Part shown: in pieces, positions 55,101 through 64,000 of the stretch | Position numbering within the stretch: the stretch's first letter is position 1 | How the letters are laid out: every line of letters starts with the position of its first letter | Assembly (NCBI GenBank): GCA_964016885.1 | Contig: OZ024743.1 | Location: 201,810,001 to 201,874,000, forward strand | Length of the DNA stretch: 64,000 bases | DNA from: Eledone cirrhosa | Taxonomy: Eukaryota | Reading direction: 5' to 3' | The notes under the pieces: model-generated | Seen by the model: the letters and a program-made list of their open reading frames with translations, nothing else | What the model was told of the DNA's origin: nothing | Database searches by the model: none | Program-made: the position numbers and the translations under genes

Positions 55101-55494
55101 CGTTCCCAGAAAAGTCTCTAGGCGCTGGAAGAAGACCGGTCGCGGTGTTCCAGATGGAGCATACGCTGCCACCAGCCTGAAGGCTCCGCCTTCACTACTG
55201 CCGAGGTCTAGAACCACCAGTTTGCCCTCCGGGTCCAGGTGTACCTTCCGAGTTGCGAGGCGCAGGTGTTTTCGCAGCAGAACGACCACCCCGCCCCCAC
55301 CCTCGGCTAACAGAGAGATGCATAGATCTCAAAGTCGTCGAAGATAAGGGCCAGTTGGTGCTCGCTGCTGATCCTGGACTCGCAAATATCTGTCACAACC
55401 ATTCTGTGCGACCTGGGGTCATTTAAGAGTTTGCCCTGCTTCCAGGACATCCCTAGCTGCGCACATTTAAACATCCAACTCTAATAACAGCCAT
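52103..55494 (-). pseudogene. Tx1-type ORF2 (APE endonuclease, RT, zinc knuckle), many frameshifts
   Basis: MAVIRVGCLNVR, AYAPS, GDWN, SYLDR, SDHK, GYWKLN, KSPGLDGLP, AYADD, CPRC..H..C. Confidence 0.9.
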
Positions 55495-55499
55495 GTTGG

Positions 55500-57260
55500 T
55501 GGTGAAGAGTTTAGAGTGGAGAAAAAGGAAAAGACACCTACCTGTCCTTCTCTTGGGGACCAGGCTGCACAATTTCCATGGGGGTGTCAGACGGGTTGTT
55601 TCGTAGGGTGGTGCTAGGGATGTGGTGGGGAGATCAGTGTGTTGTGTGGTGGGGGTGTTTTCTGGGAAGGGTTATTTGGGGTGGTGGTGGGGAAACATTT
55701 CAAGAGGACGCGGTTGCTAGGTCTAGTACAGGGGTTCCTCACGTCCCCGAGAAAGTTCTGTTTGAGCATCGCGTAGGTGTCCCTTGGGACCCTAATAATT
55801 TTTAAATGCGGTTTAGTCGCCGCGTTGGTGAACATTTTCCCTTCGGTTTCCACCGAAGTGTCTTTGTCTATTGTTTGCACAAGTGTTTTGTTTTTTGTGT
55901 TGATGCATGTATACTGTTTTCGTTGTGTTGTGTTTGTTTTTGTTTGTTGTTCTTGTGTGTGTTTGCGTTTTGTAGTATGTGTTATGTTTTCGGAAGGGGT
56001 GGGTTTTTTTGTTTGTGATGTTTGCTCTGTTTGTGCTGGTGGCTGTGTGTTTGTTGTATTTTTGTTGATGTGGTGCCTTATTATCTTTCTTTTTACCGGT
56101 TGAAAGCGTTCTCCTTCGTCGTCACTGGTTGACGTTGATAAAGGGTCCTCGTCCGTGTTATTGGGGAGGGGTATATTTTGGGGTTTTGTTGTGGTTGCTT
56201 TTGTATTTGTTTTAGGTGGGGAGGGGTTGGGTGGGACAGTGTCTTGTGTTGTTATTTTTTCGTTTTGTTGTTTGTTGTTTTGGTGGTGGTGGTGGTGGTG
56301 GTTGTGTTGTTGTGTGTGGGGTAGATAGGAGAGTCTTTTTTTTTGGGGGGGGGGGCATTTAAAAGGGGACAGGAAGCCCTCAGATGACCACTTCTTGAAC
56401 AGTGGTAGCATGAAGGGCGCCTGCCCTCAACAGAAATGTTTATGAAGGGACATCCAGGGACACACGCTGTGGTATACTTGCTATCCGTTCTGGTCTCATT
56501 TGGAGCAGAACTTCAAGGCTATTGCCACCGAATACGCCCCCGGTGGATTCGCCTATCGAAAGGATTGTGTCCTCATATTCTAAGAATCCCGTTAGCAGCC
56601 ACCAAATGCTTACAGTTGGCCTGATGCCTGAGATTCTTATCTTTTGAGTTCTTTTCCCCAAATATGTGGGGAAAAAGGTGTATGCTTTGGATACAATTGG
56701 TGACACAGAATAATTCCGTGCGGCCAATTCATCTTGCTTTAAAACAGATATGCTTCCATACAGTTTCCCTTTCTGTATGAAAGCGATATCCTTCCAGGCA
56801 CTACTTAGGACCAGCCAATTTCGCTTTGGGACAATTGAGCCGGTTTCCTAGTCGCGTTCGAAACTGTCCTAAAAACTACGGTTCTGAGGACTGTGTCCCT
56901 TCTAATTTCTGCGGGGGAAGTATTTGTGAATTCCCCACTTTCCCCGAAACTTAAACAATTCCTTGCTTCTTTCAGCAATTTCTTGGCATTCGAGATGTCC
57001 AGTGCCTTGTATGTCTGCGTTTCTTGAACCGCCTGTGCAAAGAGACTGTAGTTGTGGGTCCGTTTTCTTTCGTGTTGTTATCATTGTTGTTAATGTTATT
57101 CGTGTTGGTTTGCTTTTTTCCTTTGTTGGTGTTGTCATTATTGCTGTTGTTGGTTGTGTTGTTATTGTCATTGTTGCTGTTGTTGGTTGTGTTGTTATTG
57201 TCATTGTTGTTCTTGTTTGTGTAATTGTTACTTTTGGGGTTTTCACCCATTTCCACAAGT
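55500..57260 (-). pseudogene. Tx1-type ORF1 (gag-like), frameshifted
   Basis: CCHC knuckle CYHCSRSGHLRASC at ~56369-56411; N/T/K-rich low-complexity tracts; lies upstream of ORF2. Confidence 0.75.
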
Positions 57261-57595
57261 TTTTCTTTTGATTCCGTGGTGTCTTTTGCGGGAGTACGGA
57301 GGGAAGGCTTACAGCGTTGTGCTGCTACCTTCTCCCTATCACTTTCCGGGGGGGGGGGGGCGTGGAATGCGTCGTGTTAATGGCGTCCATTGTCACTAAA
57401 CGACTTTTTATCGATAACTTGTAACTATCAAATTTCGCCCCAAAAAGGGACGAAATTTATTTCACCCAACGTCTGCAGTCCCTGGCGAGGGGTTAAACAC
57501 AACAAATAACAAGTAGCTTAAACAAAACTACCGCTTCTCGTAATAAATTACGACAAAATGCAGGAGCGAAACAAAAACACGTCTATCTTCTTCGA

Positions 57596-57645
57596 GATAG
57601 ATAGGTAGATAGATAGATGGATAGATAGATAGATAGATAGATAAG

Positions 57646-57711
<66 letters not shown>
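57596..57711. repeat. (GATA)n microsatellite
   Basis: Direct. Confidence 0.95.
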
Positions 57712-58134
57712 CATATGTACCCAAGTACACTCCCATATATACAACTCCTCACAAACTCACACATACACACCGTCTATTGGGAGTGCAGTTAAAGGGGAGA
57801 AGTTGGAAATGATATTTCCTTTAGTATGTGAAAAAGTCAGACGTGAAAAAAGAAAGAAAGAAGGAAAGGTAAAAGAGAACTGTCATTGATCTTTAATTAA
57901 AAACGTGAAAATTTTGACTGCAATGTTGTTTACCAGGTGATTGATCACACAACGACGATTGATAATCTAGGTGCAGTGTCATTTATTTCTCTACATCGTG
58001 AATCACTACAGGACCGACGAGAAACATCCAAAGTCAAAGCTTTGTGTATGTGTTTGTGTGTATGAATATATATGTATATATATACATACAAACATATATA
58101 TATATATATAATGTAATCTGAGTTTTTCGAATAT

Positions 58135-58311
58135 TAATAATTGCTTCTACTTTTGGCACAAGGCCAGGAATGATCCCAGTGCATTACTGGTCCTTTATAT
58201 TAACAACCCCCTAAGGATGATAGGCAAAGTTAGCCTCGGCGGGATTTAAATTCAGACCGTAAAGGGGCGTAACTCTATGCTATAAAGCATGGCGTCCGAC
58301 CCTCTACCGAT
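58135..58311 (-). mobile_element. Family A SINE
   Basis: Family core match. Confidence 0.75.
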
Positions 58312-58760
58312 TAATATTCGATTCGTTTGCAATCATGCAAACAGCCTCTTTTTAAAGCCATGTCAGTAGAATGACTCCGTCATTCTTGCTCTTGTGTTGT
58401 ATTCAGCCATGTAGGGAGATAAACCATGTTTGTTATATATCTATATATATTACTATATATATGCTCATATATATAAGAAAGAAGAAAGCATGTATGCTTA
58501 GGAAATGGCGAGCGTGATTTGAAAATTGTATTAGAAGATTTCATCTAAATAAAACAAACATAAGCCCTCTGAACGGAATACGATGAGCTGTTGCCCATCT
58601 TTTTCGGTTCCGTGGCCTTATACGTCCCGTTATTATTAGACTATTTTATTTAGTAAATGTTACAGCGAGATTGCCTAATTTAATATAATATGTATGTAGA
58701 GAGGGAGGGAGAGAGAGAGGGGAGGGAGAAAGAAAGAGAGAGAGAGTGAAAGATAGATGG

Positions 58761-58795
<35 letters not shown>

Positions 58796-59497
58796 TGGTG
58801 AGAGAGAAGGTGAGAGACAGACAACGATTCACAAACACAGAAAAACAAACTTCGCTATTTTAGCGAGTGGACCATTGCATTGTCCGTAGGGTAAGCTGTG
58901 GCCTGTCTATCGAGGTAATGATAAGGTTATGGATACGTTTAGGGTTTTTAAGAATATTTATTTATTTCCCTTACCGGTTTCACAGTTGTTATGCTTTTCA
59001 AAAGTAGAATTGAGATGGAGGGTTTGGGGTTTGTCTCGCATTATGTTCGTGTTCAAAAGTTCTTTCTGTTTTATGTGGAAATAGTGGCCCGAATTGCTGT
59101 TTTTCTTTTTTTAAGTAATTAGGTTGGTTGATGACAGTCACGTGAATAAGTACAATAAATTCGCGCCAGCTCGCGTTCCAAAGTTCTTATTGTATTTTCT
59201 TTAACAAATGTTACTTTTTTGTTCGCTCAACCGAAGAGCCTGTTCAAGAAATTAACGTGTAAGTATTTGAACATGTTCACTGATGAATGTATACTTAACG
59301 TAATTTTCATGGAAATTGTGAGTATGTGATACTGCTGACCTTTTGGAAGATACTGTTCATCCGATGGGCTTTCAAACATGATCCGTTTACCTAATTTCAC
59401 TCATACGGCATGGGTAAACCAAGTGTTATGATAAATGAGACTTGGCCATGACACCACACAGTGGGATGGACCTGGGAACCTAATGATTTGTATTTAG

Positions 59498-59830
59498 TAA
59501 TAATTATTTCTACTTTAGGCACAAGGTCAGAAATTGGGAGGGTGAGAGGGGAAAGTCGATTAAATCGACACCAGTGCATTACTGGTGCTTTATGTTATCG
59601 ACCCCATAAGGATGAAATGCAAAGCTATCCTTGGCGGCATTTGAACTCAGAACGCAAAGAGCCATAACTCTATGCTAGTAATAATAAGTAATAATTATTT
59701 TTAAAATCGGCACAAGACCAGTAATTCTAGGAAAGGGGAAGTTAATGATATACTTGAATAGTACTATATTTTATCGATCCCGGAAGGATGATAGGTACAT
59801 TCGACCTCAGCGAGATTTGAACTCACAATG
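59498..59830 (-). mobile_element. Two adjacent family A SINEs
   Basis: Family core matches at 59498-59678 and 59690-59830. Confidence 0.7.
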
Positions 59831-60384
59831 AAAGTCGTAAATAAAGAATACGCATTTGTATCTAGAAATAATAAATATATCAATTTTCGTTCTATTTCTG
59901 TTTTAAATTTTGCTTTTATATTCAAATCCCAAACTTTTTCAAGATTATATTTTATTGTTATACTAGAGTTCTTAACTGATATAAGTTAAATTTTTATTGA
60001 TACGAATAAAAGTTTGTAGTCGTTATCTATACCTGCTCCATGAAAACATCAAGTTTCAACTTTATTTATACTCAACTGATATATATTAGAGATGGCAATA
60101 AAATCGATCTGTTTAATATATGACCCTGCGGGCAAATGCCAAGTTATTGTCCTTGATGGTTTATGCTTCTATAGTATGTTTGCTATAATTAGTTTGTGTT
60201 ATATATGCAGATTCTATATTCCTAGTGGCTGGTTTTCTTAGAGACACATTTACTAATTGTTTCATTCCAATTAACATACTCATATAACCCAATGTCCTCT
60301 AGGCACCTTCAATACACGCACACACATTCATATATATATATATATATCACTTTCCACTGATTGACATGATTTTCTTATTTTACA

Positions 60385-60456
<72 letters not shown>

Positions 60457-60465
60457 ATATATATT

Positions 60466-60534
<69 letters not shown>

Positions 60535-60780
60535 GTATGTATGTATGTATATATATATAAGTATACACACACACACATACATATATGTATGTATATATAT
60601 ATATAAGAACACACACACACACACACACACATACATATATATATGTATGTATGTATGTATATATATATAAGTATAAAGAAACTGCTCAAGAACAGAAATG
60701 CTATAAGGATAGCTTATAAAATAGGGTGAACACCTTTAAAAGGTGGCTAATATGAACAAGCGAACACCATATCCCCCTCC

Positions 60781-60837
<57 letters not shown>

Positions 60838-61131
60838 ATTAGTATTTAGCTTCGAACATAGCTGCTTCTAAAGAAATACGGTATGTTTATAAATAAACAT
60901 TTAGAAAGCTATAGCTACGAAAAACACTGACAGCTAACGGCACCCAGCGGTGTCCGGCAGAAGCAATGGGAACAATGGTCTATGCATTTCGAACACAACT
61001 GGTCAGGAAGGTCTCCCCCGCTCTTGAAACTGCTGGACTTTAAAACAGGCGAGAATATATAGTTTTTTCGTTTGTGTGAATGAGGGGATTAACCTCATTT
61101 GTATATGAAGCTTTATAAATCGGCTAAACTT

Positions 61132-61235
61132 ATAATTGTTTCTACTTTAGGCACAAGGCCAGCAATTACACAGTGCATTACTGGTACTTTATTTTATCGA
61201 CCCCGTAAGGATGAAAGGCAAAGTAAACCTCGAAT
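61132..61235 (-). mobile_element. Family A SINE 3' half
   Basis: Family core match. Confidence 0.7.
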
Positions 61236-61924
61236 GGAATAGGATTAGCATTTAGCTTCGAACATAGCTGTATACAAATATGTATTTGAATTTCACATAT
61301 CTAAAGAAATACGGTATGTATGATGGTTCCCCTTGCTTCTGACGGACACCGTTGGGTGGCGTTAGCTGCCAGTGTGTTTTTCATAGCTATGGCTTATTTA
61401 TCAACATACCGAGAGAGAAAGAAAAGAGAGGCAGAAGAGCTGCGATGATGGTGGTGGAAGTGATAGTGGTTGTGGTAGTGACCGTTGTGACAGCAACGCT
61501 GAATTATTTTAATCTCACGCCTTTTTGGAAACGAGATGTTATGCGTTTGCTTGCGAAGGAGTACAAAAAACAGGACGCCACGTGAAAGAGAGATAGTAGA
61601 GAGAGAGGCTAGGTGAGTGAGAGCATGAGAAAATAGCACGTTGTCGAAGACGAATATTTTAAACTTTCGCTGTAAAAAAACACAGTTTAGCCTCACGTAT
61701 AAATTCATTCATATATTATATTCCATTTACTGAATCTATTCGGTAGTATTGCTGTCTTACATATGCGTAATTTCGTGTTGTATTTATTACATATGTGCAT
61801 ATATATATATATGTTCTCTATCTGACCACCGATCCAGATGTCTATATTATTATAGTCTGTGACCCAGAAACCTTTGGTAATGGAGTAGTTATATTTTGTG
61901 TTATTCACTTCCTAATTATATATA

Positions 61925-62474
61925 TGTATGTATGTATATATATATATACATACTACTGTACGTCTGTATACATATATGTATGTACGTCTACATACTTATA
62001 TTTAAGTAACAGCCGTACTAAGAGTGGGAAATGAAATTTCGTTTCATTTTTTCCGCTTATCGTTTTCGGTGCACCCGGCCGATTAACCCACTCGATATGC
62101 AAATTGGGCTACTTAGCCGTTAATATGTATGAGGTAAGTATATACGTTCAACAATCTGGCAGGAAGGTATACGTTGCTGACGATAGCTAATAAGCTTGAA
62201 ACTAGTACAGCGTTCCTTTGTCAGTGTTGAACAAACGAGCAACGATGGTTGCTAGACACTACGGCTTAATACAGGATGTTTGTTTACAAACACACCGAGC
62301 ATTATAATAAATGTTCGGTGAATCCATACGTACACATATATATGTGTGCATGTATGTATATATATATACATACTACTGTACGTCTGTATAGATATATGTA
62401 TGTACGTGTACATACTTATATTTAAGTAACAGCCGTACTAAGAGTGGGAAATGAAATTTCGTTTCATTTTTCCG

Positions 62475-62518
<44 letters not shown>

Positions 62519-62596
62519 CGGAAAAAATGAAACGAAATTTCATTTCCCACTCTTAGTACGGCTGTTACTTAAATATAAGTATGTACACGTACATGT
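61925..62596 (+). mobile_element. Retrozyme-like hammerhead repeat, 1.3 units (420-bp period) plus inverted end
   Basis: tactactgtacgtctg at 61951 and 62371; 62512-62596 is an inverted copy of the unit end across a (TA)n spacer. Confidence 0.8.
62172..62212 (+). ncRNA. Minimal type I hammerhead ribozyme
   Basis: CGTTG-CTGACGA-TAGCTaataAGCTT-GAAA CTAG TA-CAGCG. Confidence 0.85.
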
Positions 62597-62679
<83 letters not shown>

Positions 62680-62681
<2 letters not shown>

Positions 62682-64000
62682 GTAGGAGGTGAGTTTTATT
62701 GTAGCACAATAAAGTAATTCAAATATCGAATAAGTAGCACTTTACAGTTTGTAGGACTGGAGTATAAATAATATAAGATCGAAAGATGGTTAAAAGAGTT
62801 CCAAGTATTTTATTATGCGCATTTCAAAAACAAATATCATCATGAGATGATATCTGCGTTTTCATCAGATAAAATAGGGATACAAGATATGAAGCTTAAA
62901 AAACACTTGTGAATAGTGAAGTTTTAAATCAACATATGAAAAATAATTTAAGATTGATGTGTGATATTGGGAAAAAGTGAGTGGGGTGTTGGAAAAGGTA
63001 AGGAATAGGAGGAGATGAGAGTAAAGAATGGTGGGGTAGGAGTATAAGAAGGAAGGATGAGAGAGGAGGAGAGATGGGTAATAGAGAGAGAGAGAGAGAT
63101 AGCCTTTACAACTGAGAAAAATATATATTGTCTCACAGAGAGAAGTTAAAAAGCCGTTGGAAGATAATAGATAATTTAAAAGAATTTGAAATTAAAAGTT
63201 AATGAGGTTTATGCATAAAGAGAAAAAGGGATTAAGAATAATATTAAATTAAGGTTTGTATATTGAAGGGTTTAATACTACGTGCGAGGAAAAAGAAATT
63301 ATTAATATGTATTATTAAAATAAAAATATTAATGTTATTAAGGATATAATGTGAAAAGAAGTAAAAGAATGAATGAGTTGTGAATTTAGAGGAATTAGTT
63401 AGTGTTTAAGTTTGTTTTTATGTAATCTAATATATGTGCGTAATATATGTACGTAAATAGTTTGTTTAAAAATGAGCGTAGAAAGCAAAGATGAAAAGAA
63501 TGTTTAAGGAAGAAAAATATCTAACATCAAAAAATATATATGTTTACGAAATATTTTCTAATGGTAATAATATAATATATTAAAGGAATTAGTTAGGGTT
63601 TAAGTTTGTTTTTATGTAAAAGTCAAACGAGCATGAAAGGAAGAAATAAGGAATTTAAGGAAGAAAAATCTAACGTAAAAAAAAGGTTTATGTTTACGAA
63701 GGACTATTAAAGGTAATACTATAATGTATTTAAAAAAAAAAATTTATGGCCAATGATATGAAGAAAGATGGAAGAATGGATAATGTTGTGGTGAGTAATA
63801 ATAAGAATTGAGAAGTAGTTAGGAAGAAAAAGTTCAGATTAGAGGTTAGAAATTAGAAAGAAAAGAGGAAGAAAGGAAAGTGATAAAGATGAATGATATA
63901 GAATGAGTAACATCTGAAGTAATTGGCTGGTTCAACAACCTGAATAAGAAAAACAAACAAAAATTTATTCAATTTGATATTGCCAGCTACTATTCTTCTA
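62680..64000 (-). mobile_element. Probable PLE 3' UTR and tail running off the window end
   Basis: Hammerhead plus tail at 62680-62885; pyrimidine-rich sense strand like the 3' UTR of PLE 1; no clear ORF in the window. Confidence 0.4.
62806..62876 (-). ncRNA. Type I hammerhead ribozyme at PLE-type 3' end
   Basis: TATTTTAT-CTGATGA-AAAC.CAGATATCATC tcat GATGATATTTGTTTT-GAAA TGCGCA TA-ATAAAATA. Confidence 0.85.

Larger units (their letters stand above)
51861..57595 (-). mobile_element. Tx1/L1-clade LINE copy B, near full length, degenerate
   Basis: 5' UTR, ORF1, ORF2 (APE-RT-CCHC) and 3' UTR; (GATA)n at both ends. Confidence 0.92.

Overview
AT-rich, repeat-saturated animal genomic DNA. The (TA)n/(CA)n microsatellite load and SINE types suggest an octopus or related coleoid, which is inference. 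No host gene can be called confidently; most listed ORFs are poly-Ile/Tyr microsatellite artefacts. The real coding remnants are degenerate retroelements: two Naiad-like and one Neptune-like Penelope-like elements (PLEs), three Tx1/L1-clade LINE copies with TSDs in (TATC)n, R4/Dong-type LINEs and RTE fragments. There is also a Helitron-like element, MITEs and many tRNA-SINEs. The main signal is RNA-level: about 20 type-I hammerhead ribozyme motifs (intact, mutated or partial) from roughly 10 sequence families, mostly in short foldback elements inserted in (TA)n tracts. The best candidate new system is a 420-456 bp hammerhead repeat family at three loci (7.2-8.1, 16.6-17.7 and 61.9-62.6 kb). 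It carries an invariant ATGCAAAT octamer and a covarying hairpin, and resembles a non-LTR retrozyme predicted to yield a ~456-nt monomeric or circular RNA. All structures were read by eye, and element boundaries are approximate.
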